Origin: an uncultured bacterium
GTDB lineage: Bacteria > Babelota > Babeliae > Babelales > Babelaceae
Assembly (NCBI GenBank): GCA_963722385.1
Contig: CAVRKK010000002.1
Span: 224,001 to 288,000, forward strand
Direction of reading: 5' to 3'
DNA: 64,000 bases
How positions within the stretch are numbered: the first letter of the stretch is position 1; every line of letters begins with the position of its first letter. This document shows positions 49,244 to 59,491 of this stretch, one piece after another. Both the position numbers and the translations under genes were made by a program. The notes beneath the pieces are model-generated. The model was not told the origin of the DNA. It searched no databases and worked only from the letters and a program-made list of their open reading frames with translations.

Positions 49244-49561
49244 ATGAAGACCCGAATCTATCATAGGTAGACGGTTCTTCAGGCCAGTTGGCAACAAGCT
49301 CGGCGAGGGAATTTCCTCGAGCGCTGCATTGTGTTTTTCTTAATAACATGATTTTATCCGCAGTTGATCATTTGAGCGACAGGTATCCTCCATATTTTGC
49401 CTGACAAGTAAAAGTAACGGGATTTTTTCTCTGATGTGTCTGCGGGATAGCCTTAATAAGGCAGCGCAACAGATTACTCCGTCAGAGAAAAAGGCTCAAC
49501 GGAAGCTTTGTGAAAGCTTTTTGGGCACTCGTTATAATTTTATTTGTAAAGGAAAACAAAC
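49244..49561 (+). promoter_or_regulatory. Long structured 5' leader of the DEAD-box helicase
   Basis: ~320 nt non-coding with several stems (tgaaga/tcttca, cgagg/cctcg, tttttctctga/tcagagaaaaa, gcctta/taaggc, aagcttt/aaagctt). Confidence 0.55.
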
Positions 49562-50836
49562 ATGTCATTTAATGAATTACAACTTGATCAATCAATTCTA
49601 AAGGCTATAGCCGAAGCCGGCTATACGAAGCCGACCCCTATCCAAGCACAGGCAATACCGACCATCTTGAGCGGGCAAGACCTTATGGCCTCGGCCCAAA
49701 CGGGAACGGGCAAGACAGCCGCGTTTATTCTACCTGCGCTTCACAAGCTCAGCAAGCCGTCATCAAAGCCGGGACGTGGCCCGCGCCTTCTTGTGCTAAC
49801 ACCGACGCGTGAGCTGGCAACCCAAATTGCACAAGCCGCTTCGCTCTACAGCAAATATTCTACGCGCATTAAAACGGTTTGCATATTAGGTGGCATGCCC
49901 TATATGGCGCAAGTACGTCACTTATCGCAACCATTCGAAATTTTGGTAGCCACGCCAGGCCGCCTTATCGATTACCTCGAGCGAGGCCGTATCGATTTTT
50001 CACGCATAGAGATGCTTGTACTTGACGAAGCAGATCGTATGCTCGATATGGGCTTTATCAATGATGTTGAGCACATTGTTAGGGCAACACCCGAAAATCG
50101 CCAAACGCTTTTATTCTCTGCTACACTCAAGGGAAGTGTCGCCAGCCTTGCTAAAAACATGCTCAAGAACCCACTACAAATTCACGTTGCTGCTACCAAA
50201 GCAAACCACGACAACATTGAACAGCGACTCTATCACGTCGATGATATTCACCACAAAACACGGTTGCTCCTGCACCTTCTCAATGACTCGACCATTAACC
50301 AGGCCATTATTTTTACCGCTACCAAGCGGCATGTTGACCAGCTGGTTGACACCGTACGTGAACAAGGACATACTGCAGCAGGATTACACGGCGATATGGG
50401 CCAGCGGGAACGAAATCGCACATTGGCCAATTTGCGCCAGGGTGCTATTCGTATGCTTGTTGCCACTGATGTAGCAGCTCGCGGTATTGATGTGCCAGGT
50501 ATCACGCATGTTATTAACTTTGATTTGCCTCAATCAAGCGAGGATTACGTACACCGCATCGGAAGAACAGGAAGAGCTGGTGCGACTGGTATTGCTCTCT
50601 CATTTGCCTCAGGTAAAGATACGTTGATTCTTGAAAGAATCGAGCGCTATATGGGAAAAGCCATTACCCCCCATACAGTCTCTGGATTAGAACCTAGGTT
50701 TAAGCCAGCATTCAGAAACGATAAAAACAGCTTTAGGAGGCCAACAAGGCCGCAGAGGCGCATGGATGCTTACGATCCGCGCAATCGCCGCCCCGGTCGC
50801 TATGTGGCAAGTTATAGCCCTGAAGCTCGAGATTAA
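49562..50836 (+). CDS. DEAD-box RNA helicase (RhlE-like)
   Basis: PTPIQ, AQTGTGKT, PTRELA, TPGRL, DEAD, SAT, ARGID, HRIGRTGR. Confidence 0.96.
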   Translation: MSFNELQLDQSILKAIAEAGYTKPTPIQAQAIPTILSGQDLMASAQTGTGKTAAFILPALHKLSKPSSKPGRGPRLLVLTPTRELATQIAQAASLYSKYSTRIKTVCILGGMPYMAQVRHLSQPFEILVATPGRLIDYLERGRIDFSRIEMLVLDEADRMLDMGFINDVEHIVRATPENRQTLLFSATLKGSVASLAKNMLKNPLQIHVAATKANHDNIEQRLYHVDDIHHKTRLLLHLLNDSTINQAIIFTATKRHVDQLVDTVREQGHTAAGLHGDMGQRERNRTLANLRQGAIRMLVATDVAARGIDVPGITHVINFDLPQSSEDYVHRIGRTGRAGATGIALSFASGKDTLILERIERYMGKAITPHTVSGLEPRFKPAFRNDKNSFRRPTRPQRRMDAYDPRNRRPGRYVASYSPEARD

Positions 50837-50863
50837 CGCTTTTTCAGTCTTGTGAGATAGTGT

Positions 50864-52699
50864 ATGATACAGTTATATGATCTGGTGCTTCGCTATGGCG
50901 AAGCACCAATATTCGACCATATTTCGATAGTGCTTCCCGAGCAGCGCATCGGCGTCGTTGGCCGTAATGGCGCCGGCAAGTCAACATTGCTTAAAATGAT
51001 AGATCATCGTGGCGCCGGATTGGATGATGGCGCCATTACGGTTGCCGGTAACCGTTCAATCGCTTATATGCCCCAAGAGATCGTGCTTACATCTGACAAA
51101 ACGATTTTTGATGAGACATTTAGCGCTTTTGATCAGTTAGCAGCACTGCAAAAAGAACAGGAACTGTTTGAGCAACTGCCTGATAAAGAGATTACCGTGG
51201 ACATGCTTGAACGCTATGCACAGGCGCAGGAACAAATAAAAGAGCTTAATCCTGCTGATAGTGCTGCTCGCACAGAAAAAATGTTACAAGGGCTCGGCTT
51301 TGCGCGTGATACGTTTAACAAGCCAGTTGCACAGTTGAGCGTTGGCTGGAAAATGCGCATTGTGCTCGCTAAGTTGCTCTTAAAGCGTGCTGACTTTTAC
51401 CTCTTTGATGAGCCAACAAACCACTTAGATATGGTAAGCAAAGAGTGGTTCTCAAGCTTCCTCAAATCAGCTGATTTTAGCTTTTTGCTTGTTACCCATG
51501 ATCGCTATTTTCTTGAGCACACGTGCAACCATATCTTTGAACTGGAGCGAGGCAAGGGCACCTTATATAACGGTAACTTTAGTTCATATCTCGCGCAAAA
51601 AGAGCATGCCGCTGCTATTAAACAGGCTGCTTTTGATCGTCAGCAAAAAGAGATCGGCCGCAAGCAGGCAGTTATTGATAAATTTAGGTCCGGGACTCGG
51701 GCAAAAATGGCACAAAGCATGCTCAAACAGCTCGATAAAATTGAACGGATCGAACCTGATCCTGTCATGCCTACGGTGAAATTCAATTTTACGAGTCCTG
51801 CACGTGCGGGGCACCAAGTGCTCTCATTTGACAACCTGGAACAATCTTTTAATGGGGTTTCTATTTTTAAGAATATTTCGGGCAGCATCATAAGGGGTGA
51901 AAAAGTAGCCGTTGTAGGCGCTAATGGAAGCGGGAAAACAACCCTTTTCAATATTATTAACGGCAGCTACCCACGGCAAATGGGCTTTGTAGAGTTTGGG
52001 CACAATGTAACGTTTGCCGTTTTCGAGCAGGATCAGCTCAAAGCGCTTTCGTTGACCAATACCGTTTATCAAGAAGTGCTCGATGCCTGCCCAGGCGTTC
52101 CCGAAGTCACGGTTCGCAAATTCTTGGGCGCCTTTCTATTTACCGGCGATGACGTTTATAAAAAAATCAACGTATTGAGCGGTGGTGAACGCGGTAGAGT
52201 AGCACTGGTAAAAGTCCTTTTACAGAATGCTAACTTTTTGTTACTTGATGAACCCACCAACCACCTCGATTTGTATGCTAAAGAAGTTCTTCTCCAAGCT
52301 TTGCAACAATACGAGGGGACCATCTTACTGGTTTGCCACGATCACGATTTTTTGGAACGCTTAGCAACGCGCGTTCTAGAACTCACGCCAACGGCGCTCC
52401 ATAGCTATCCTGGCACGTACGAATCGTATTTGGCTCAGGCGCGCCAGAAAGAGGTTAGTACCATTGCTCAGCGAAATGCCAAGCAAGCACCAGCACGCCC
52501 GCAACACGAAAAAAAGCACGATGGCTTGGATACGTTAGAGGCAAAAATTGCGCGTCTCGAAAAACAATTAAAAGATATCGATGGGCTTTTTGCTCAATGT
52601 CCTTATGATTCTCCCGCCTATAAGAACGCGGTAGCTGAACGGGAAAGAGCGGTTAAGGCGCTTGAAGAAGCTATGCAACTCTGGCAAAAACGCGTATAA
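50864..52699 (+). CDS. ABC-F family ATPase
   Basis: Two NBDs (GRNGAGKS, DEPTNHLD; GANGSGKT, LSGGE), no TM helices, coiled-coil tail. Confidence 0.93.
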   Translation: MIQLYDLVLRYGEAPIFDHISIVLPEQRIGVVGRNGAGKSTLLKMIDHRGAGLDDGAITVAGNRSIAYMPQEIVLTSDKTIFDETFSAFDQLAALQKEQELFEQLPDKEITVDMLERYAQAQEQIKELNPADSAARTEKMLQGLGFARDTFNKPVAQLSVGWKMRIVLAKLLLKRADFYLFDEPTNHLDMVSKEWFSSFLKSADFSFLLVTHDRYFLEHTCNHIFELERGKGTLYNGNFSSYLAQKEHAAAIKQAAFDRQQKEIGRKQAVIDKFRSGTRAKMAQSMLKQLDKIERIEPDPVMPTVKFNFTSPARAGHQVLSFDNLEQSFNGVSIFKNISGSIIRGEKVAVVGANGSGKTTLFNIINGSYPRQMGFVEFGHNVTFAVFEQDQLKALSLTNTVYQEVLDACPGVPEVTVRKFLGAFLFTGDDVYKKINVLSGGERGRVALVKVLLQNANFLLLDEPTNHLDLYAKEVLLQALQQYEGTILLVCHDHDFLERLATRVLELTPTALHSYPGTYESYLAQARQKEVSTIAQRNAKQAPARPQHEKKHDGLDTLEAKIARLEKQLKDIDGLFAQCPYDSPAYKNAVAERERAVKALEEAMQLWQKRV

Positions 52700-52768
52700 A
52701 GAAAGCACGGGAGCCTATGCTTTTTTTAGCGGTTGTTTGGTTAACAGCGCACGCCAAACGGGTATGAT
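52695..52768 (+). repeat. Degenerate direct repeat, copy 1 (AAA ATPase 5' relic)
   Basis: Aligns with 56191-56267. Confidence 0.7.
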
Positions 52769-53013
52769 AGGTATTGTCCAGCAATAGCCTATTTTACCTG
52801 ATAGTTTAACAACGCTTGCGTCAGCCAAAAATGGCCCTCTGAACCCAAAATAATACAAGAAATGATCCACAACCACTGCTAAAGAAGTATGCAAATCAAA
52901 GGCATTCGCTTCTTGCTATACAGTTGATTGCTTGCTATTATTCATACCGGTTATTTTTCTTGATATTTTGTGTTAGCAAAAATTTCCCTCATCGGGGGGG
53001 AGTCGAGGTGAGT

Positions 53014-56000
53014 ATGCAGTATAAAATAATTAAATTTTTACGCACTTTCTTAAGAAATAAGTTTTCGATCGCCACATGCTTAATCGCTTTTTGTTTTATA
53101 GCAGCAATCCCTTCAATAAGAGCCATGGATTACAAAATTGCGGTTACTGAAATAAACAAACTCTTCAAAGCAATCAAAGAAAAGGATGTCAATAAGGCAA
53201 AAAGCGCTATATATGGTATCGTAGAGAGTGGCAGGAATATTAACATAACAGATGATGAAGGGTTCTCGCCGCTGCATAGAGCCGCAGAAGCCGGCCATCA
53301 GGATCTTGTAATACTTCTTTTAGAAAATGGAGCTGATAAGACAGCGGCAAACAAGCAAGGAAAGCTCCCTCAAGATCTAACCACCGACTCCGTCATTAAA
53401 ATATTGTTAATACCTGATATGGCAATTCCCGACGGTGATGATTTTGTTCTTGGAAAAGTCGAAGAATCTGACAACAGCACTTATCAAATACCACGGATCG
53501 ATACAGGTGAAATGGCAACAAAACCCATTGATCGAAAACATCGCTATTCTAAAGCAATACATAAACCAAAGAAGCTCACTCAAGACTTAACCAGGGCTTC
53601 AAGCAGTAAAACATTCTTAACCTATGATGTAATAGTTCCTCAGCAAGCGCGCTTATTGTTGAAGAAGTCGCGGATGCTGATAATAACACATTCCATCACC
53701 GGTCTACCGATGAAACAAAAACAATATCGGTTGATCAATGGTCTAACGCTTTAAAAGAAGATACAAACATCCTAGAGCAAGACATAAAACTCTATAAAAA
53801 AATGAGCGACCTCCATGCCTCTATCGAAAGTAGTCAAATCTTTGAGCCCGTTACTGTCGATGACGAAGATTCCTGGATCGTGTGGGTCAACATTCATGGC
53901 ACCGAAATATCAGTGAACTCTATTAAACTAGATGCTGTTAATACTGCTGATTTTGAGCAACTCAAGGATATAGCTGCCTCTTATGCAAAAATAAAGAAGA
54001 AAAAGCTAAAATTTCTTACTTTTCGTTGGTCGGGGAAAAATAATTGTCCCGACCGCACCTATAGCGCAGGATGCCTTTACTTCTACTTAAAAAAAATGGG
54101 GTACTGTAACTCTAAGCATGAAATTGTACTGGCAGCACATAGTCATGGTTGCAATCTCTGCGAACCTTGTTATGCAATACATAGATGAAAAAAATCCCAT
54201 TGCACTTCTCCTCTATTTTGCCTACCCGGATAAGCAAAAATCACACTATCAAGCATGGCATTACAAACAGCGTATATCATTTTGGTCTAAGGACGACTTG
54301 GTATCGCCGTTTGCCAGAGGACGAAACTGGCTGGTTGGCGTACCTGAGATAGTAATTCCTGCCTTGCGAGATAATTCGGTACCTTTTGGCCGTGAGGTGG
54401 GTAAAATCGATGTAAGCGTTCAAGTAACCATTAATGGCCAAGGACCAGGGCATAGCGAGATTAGGGAGGTCTTCCCTTTTCTGGCGCAGATCATAGCAGA
54501 TCTTCACTATTTATACCGCCGGCACTATAGTTTAAGCGGCAATTTAAAGTTGAAGTAGATGACAATAAAGCTTTGGTAACCATACTGAATCAAGGGCAAA
54601 AAAGATACCTGTTCCCTTTGAGTGCCTTGATTTCAAAAGATGAGCATCGTTCTTCAAAAGGGTCTAATACCTATAAGTTTTTCGCCAGCATTGAAGAGCT
54701 TGTTAGAATGCCACCGATAAAGACAATGATAGTGGCGGTGATAATAAAATAATGATGAAGTCCTTGTCCCGTGAGTTAGATTTAAGCAATTGTTTAATAT
54801 CAAAGGGCTCTCTTTTTTATCGCGCCGCATGGAGGGGTTATAGAGAGTATAATCGAATACCTTGTTTATCGTGAACCAAAATATATTAATAAGAGGGATA
54901 AAGAAGGGCTCTCCCCTTTTCACTATGCCTTGCAAAAAAATCACCATTCGCTTGCGCTATTATTTATTAAGCTTAGTGCTGACACATCGGCTCTCGAAGA
55001 TAAAATAGATCTATCGAAGAAAGACGAGCATGGCAATGGCATCTTGCATCGCGCTGTTTTATCTGGCCTACCAGATTTAGTCACCTTGATTCTTTACCAA
55101 AAAAACGTTAATCTTATGAGACAAATAACAATGGAGAAAGGCTATCCATTGTGCCGCTCGAGAGGGTCATCTTGATATAGTAAAACTTCTTTAGCACGTG
55201 GTGCAAAATCAATGCACGCGATAAAAACGGGCGCTCGCCCCTCAATAGAGCCAAGCGAAATGGTTATTTTTTACTCGCTTTATTTCTTATCGAAAATGGT
55301 GCCGACACCTCGCCTATTGAAGATGAAATAGATCTCGCCAAGAAAGACAAAGATGGTAATAATCCTTTTCATATCGCAGCTGGCACTGGTCGATTAACTT
55401 TGGTTAGTTTAATTATACAGCACCACAGCAAGCTCAACATTCATGAAGTAAATAGTGATGGAGAACAAGCTATTCATAGGGCTGCTCGTAACGGCCACCT
55501 TGATATAGTAAAAATTCTTGTCTATCATGCAGCTGATATACATGCTCAAAATGCTCAAGGCCAAGAGCCTATTCATTGTGCTGCTCAAGGCGGCCAGCTT
55601 GACGTTATTGAGCGGCTTGTAACAAATGGAGTAAGTATTAACGCAAAAGATAGCCAGTTACAGTCACCGCTTCATTATCTCATAAGATCCAAACAACCCA
55701 GCTTGTCGAGGTTCAGCGTATTTCCCATGCCCCGTTTCTCATCATCACCTAATACTTTTTTAAGGGATATTACTCGCATAGTTGATCTAGGAGCCGATAA
55801 CAGAAGCTGCCGAGCAAGAAGGAAATCGAGAAATCCATTTGGCGGTACTTGAAGAAAATGAAGAGTTATTGAAACTTCTTATTGGATTTGGCGTGGATAC
55901 TGATGCAACTAATAGTGCGGGCAAAAGCCCGCTTGATCTCGCCAGGAGCATCAAGGATCCTGATAAACAATTACGCTTTACGTCTATTATTAGCAACAAC

Positions 56001-56063
56001 GTAAGCATACCTCGGGTGACTAACGCGTTTGGCCAGCGTAGCGGTTACTGTGTTCTGATATAG
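53014..56063 (+). pseudogene. Fragmented secreted ankyrin-repeat plus alpha/beta-hydrolase gene
   Basis: Consecutive ORF pieces in shifting frames: signal + GFSPLHRAA ankyrin; IHG/FRWSG/AHSHG/SKDD/GH hydrolase; further ankyrins (GEQAIHRAA, GQEPIHCAA, GKSPLDLA). Confidence 0.85.
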
Positions 56064-56190
56064 GAATCACCCATGGACCTCTCTGGCTAAAAAACTATAA
56101 AGCATCAAATCTTGTTATTTTCCGTCAAGTGTTCTAATTTTGAACAGTGAACGGTCAAATTTCGTACATTGGTTGGTCAATTTTATGACA

Positions 56191-56267
56191 TATAAAGAAC
56201 ACCCTGGAGCACATGCTTTCTTTTAGCCCCGTTGTTTTGTTAACCGGAGCGCGCCAAACGGTATCAT
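56191..56267 (+). repeat. Degenerate direct repeat, copy 2 (AAA ATPase 5' relic)
   Basis: Reads FSPVVLLTGARQT; aligns with 52695-52768. Confidence 0.7.
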
Positions 56268-56339
56268 CAAAAATTACAAAACTATCTCGCAGCCCGCTTT
56301 CAGGCAGCTTTTAAGGATCTCGAAAATTTAGAAGAGGGC

Positions 56340-56642
56340 ATGTATGGATGGATCGCCAAAACTAAGGCTTTATATTATTACAATTTTTTACGTGAACTGT
56401 TAGGTCAACCAACCGTAAATTCTACCGATAAAATTGACCCAGACCTTGTTAAAGTATCACCTGATCCCGAATTATTTTCTCAGATTGATCAATTTCTTAG
56501 GCAACAAGGTGAAGATATAAGCTTGAAACCTTCAAAAACGAGGAGCTCCAGCTCATTCTCGCCAGAAGATGAAGCAGAGATAGAGCGACTCGAGAAAGCT
56601 TTAGCAGCATTGCGACTTAAAAAAGAAATTCAAATTTCATAA
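56340..56642 (+). pseudogene. 3' gene fragment or small ORF carrying the YN-module
   Basis: YYNFLRELLGQPTVNSTDKID; frame stays open ~95 nt upstream of the ATG; followed by terminator. Confidence 0.55.
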
Positions 56643-56665
56643 AAAATATAACGATAAAACCAATT

Positions 56666-56698
56666 AAAAGGCGGCTTCACCAGAGAAAGCCGCCTTTT
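56666..56698. terminator. Intrinsic terminator
   Basis: aaaaggcggctt...aagccgcctttt. Confidence 0.8.
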
Positions 56699-56884
56699 GT
56701 ATTTAAATAACCAGGCCCGCTGGTATCTGTACTTTGATCTAGGAACAACATAACGACCTGAGCAAAACATGCTCGCCTTCCAGAACTCACCTAGCCCTAA
56801 ATCTGGCCTGGGGCAGCTTTACAAAAAGGCATTTTTGCTCGATACTGATATAGATTGAACATCGACTTTTGAGAAGGACATTTT

Positions 56885-57085
56885 ATGAAACAAGACATCC
56901 ATCCTCAGGCATTTGAGGTCAACGCGCATTGTGCTTGTGGTAACGACTTCAAGACGTTATCAACAAAGCGGGATGTACGCGTTACCATCTGCTCAAAATG
57001 CCATCCCTTTTTTACCGGCGCACAGAAATTCGTCGATACCGAGGGACGTATTGAGAAATTTAAAAAGAAATATAAGGGCGCATGA
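56885..57085 (+). CDS. rpmE: 50S ribosomal protein L31 (zinc-binding type)
   Basis: [21 protein letters not shown]. Confidence 0.97.
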   Translation: MKQDIHPQAFEVNAHCACGNDFKTLSTKRDVRVTICSKCHPFFTGAQKFVDTEGRIEKFKKKYKGA

Positions 57086-58173
57086 GCTTTCAAACCGTCG
57101 ACTGGTCTGCACTTGAACAGCGATCGAGCGTACTGGCACAACAATTATCGTCTCAAAACCTGGAAAGTTCCAAGCGCGTAGCGCTGCAAAGGGAGTTTTC
57201 CCAGATTACTAATCTTTTGCACAAACACCATGAATTTCAGGTTCTTGAGCAAGAACTTGCTGATCTCGAACGACAGCAGCAAGCCAACAAGGAACCAGAG
57301 CTTGCCGTTCTTTTTGACGAGGAGCTTGAATCAGTCAAGCAGCGGTATCTTGCGTGCCAAAGCGAGCTTGAGGACCTTCTTTTCCCCGGCGATGAGCGCG
57401 ATAATTTATCCGTGTTTCTTGAGATTCGCGCAGGTGCCGGCGGCCAGGAGGCAGCGCTCTTTGCGGCAGACCTCTTGCGGATGTATTCTATGTATGCTTT
57501 GCGCAAGGGGTGGCGTGCGTCACTTGCCAGTGAAAGCTTTACCGATCTTGGCGGGTATCGCGAAGCCGTGCTGCATATCCAAGGCAAGGGCGTCTTCGGC
57601 CACCTCAAGTTTGAAGCGGGGGTGCACCGGGTTCAACGGGTACCAACAACCGAGACATCGGGGCGGATTCACACATCAACCGCCACCGTCGCTGTGCTAC
57701 CAGAGCCTGAAGAGGTTGAAAGTGTTGAAATAAATCCCGCCGATCTACGCATTGATGTATATCGCGCGGGCGGTGCTGGCGGACAGCACGTCAACAAAAC
57801 AGACTCAGCGGTGCGCATAACACACCTTCCCACCGGGCTCGTTGTAGCTTGCCAAGAGGACCGATCACAGCACAAAAATAAAGCGAAAGCTATGAAAGTT
57901 TTAGGTGCACGGCTTCTTGCATTGCAACGAGAAAAGCAAGAGGCTGAGATCAGCCAAAGCCGGCGCGAGCAAGTAGGTGCCGGTGCACGTGCAGAAAAGG
58001 TGCGGACGTATAATTTCCCCCAAAACCGCGTAACTGATCATCAGATTGGTTTAACGCTCAACAAGCTGGATATGGTTATGGAAGGCGACCTTGATGATAT
58101 CGTTTTGGCCTTACGGCAACATGAGTACCACGAACGGCGCAAGCATGCGCTCTATCCCACTGCAGCCCAATAA
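57082..58173 (+). CDS. prfA: Peptide chain release factor 1
   Basis: [10 protein letters not shown] (PxT), [26 protein letters not shown]. Confidence 0.97.
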   Translation: MSFQTVDWSALEQRSSVLAQQLSSQNLESSKRVALQREFSQITNLLHKHHEFQVLEQELADLERQQQANKEPELAVLFDEELESVKQRYLACQSELEDLLFPGDERDNLSVFLEIRAGAGGQEAALFAADLLRMYSMYALRKGWRASLASESFTDLGGYREAVLHIQGKGVFGHLKFEAGVHRVQRVPTTETSGRIHTSTATVAVLPEPEEVESVEINPADLRIDVYRAGGAGGQHVNKTDSAVRITHLPTGLVVACQEDRSQHKNKAKAMKVLGARLLALQREKQEAEISQSRREQVGAGARAEKVRTYNFPQNRVTDHQIGLTLNKLDMVMEGDLDDIVLALRQHEYHERRKHALYPTAAQ

Positions 58174-58211
58174 GAATATTCTCACATTCTCGACTATCAG
58201 GGAGTAATCAC

Positions 58212-59477
58212 ATGGTTGAATATTTCTTAGAGCACAGCAGGTACTTAAATATCGCTGGCATTATTCTGGTTCTGCTCTGCGCATGGTTTTTTTCACGCAA
58301 TAAAGGGCGCATAAGCCTCTGGGTGGTCGTTAATGGCCTGGTACTTCAGGTATTATTAGCTTTCATAACCCTTAAGACTTCGCTCGGCCAGACATGCGTC
58401 ACGGCCCTTGCTCAAGGTATAACCAAGCTTTATCTTTATGCCGAAGACGGCTCCCGGTTTCTTTTTGGGGCATTAGCGAATGTGCAAGAGCCATGGGGCT
58501 TTGTTTTCGCCTTTCGGGTATTGCCCGTCGTGATTTTTTTTGGCGCCTTCATAGCGATCCTTATGCACTACCGCATTATACAATTTCTATCGCTTCCCAT
58601 AAATTTTGTTTTGTATCGCTTTTTGGGCACTTCGGCTGCCGAAACGCTGTGCTCGGTAGCTAACTGCTTTCTCAGCCAGACTGAAGCACCCCTTCTTATA
58701 CGCCACTACTTGCCCACCATGACGCAATCTGAGATATTAACCGTGATGATTAGCGGCATGGGAACCATTAGTGGGCCATTATTTGCAGTTTATGCCGCCA
58801 TGGGCGTTCCGCTTATTTACTTGCTCAGCGCGAGTGTCATGGCAGTGCCCGCAACAATTATGATAGCTAAGATATTGCTTCCTGAAACAAGCAAACCAGA
58901 CACCGCTCGTGGCCTGTATACCCCAACTCAAGACGAGGACCATACGATTTTTGACGCCATTGCCATTGGCACTCAGGATGGTTTACGACTTGCCCTTGCC
59001 GTCGGCGCCATGTTGATAGCGTCTGTCGCCCTGATCTCCTGCGCCAACGGAATCTTAGGGTGGGTTTCCTTTGCTCTGCAGTCGGTGACTGATTTTGCGG
59101 GATTGGGATGGAAGATTCCATCGCTCAGCCTCCAATCAATTTTTGGCTTTGCTTTTGCCCCTATTGGTTGGTTGCTTGGGCTGGAGGGTGATGAAGTATT
59201 TCGCGCCGGAGAATTACTGGGTATAAAAGTAGCGATTAACGAAATGATGGCATATATCGCCATGGTTGGCACAAAGCTGTCAGGCAGGGCAGTTGCATTA
59301 CTTACTTTCGCCTTGTGCGGCTTTGCCAATTTTTCATCGATCGGGTTACAAATCGCCGGTATTGGCGCCCTGGCACCAGAACAGCGCAAGACAATCGCGC
59401 GACTCGGCCTGAGAGCGGTTCTGGGCAGCACACTCGCTAATTTGCTGTCAGCTTTTATCGCTGGGCTCATGATTTAG
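58212..59477 (+). CDS. Concentrative nucleoside transporter (NupC/CNT family)
   Basis: FAFRVLPVVIFF, QTEAPLLI, KVAINE, FALCGFANFSSIG. Confidence 0.93.
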   Translation: MVEYFLEHSRYLNIAGIILVLLCAWFFSRNKGRISLWVVVNGLVLQVLLAFITLKTSLGQTCVTALAQGITKLYLYAEDGSRFLFGALANVQEPWGFVFAFRVLPVVIFFGAFIAILMHYRIIQFLSLPINFVLYRFLGTSAAETLCSVANCFLSQTEAPLLIRHYLPTMTQSEILTVMISGMGTISGPLFAVYAAMGVPLIYLLSASVMAVPATIMIAKILLPETSKPDTARGLYTPTQDEDHTIFDAIAIGTQDGLRLALAVGAMLIASVALISCANGILGWVSFALQSVTDFAGLGWKIPSLSLQSIFGFAFAPIGWLLGLEGDEVFRAGELLGIKVAINEMMAYIAMVGTKLSGRAVALLTFALCGFANFSSIGLQIAGIGALAPEQRKTIARLGLRAVLGSTLANLLSAFIAGLMI

Positions 59478-59491
59478 AGCTGCGCGCGAAG

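Noticed and set aside
53014..56063. Stop-codon recoding or programmed frameshifting as explanation of the fragments
   Set aside because: Breaks are frame changes at many sites, and all neighbouring genes read normally in the standard code with TAA, TAG and TGA stops.
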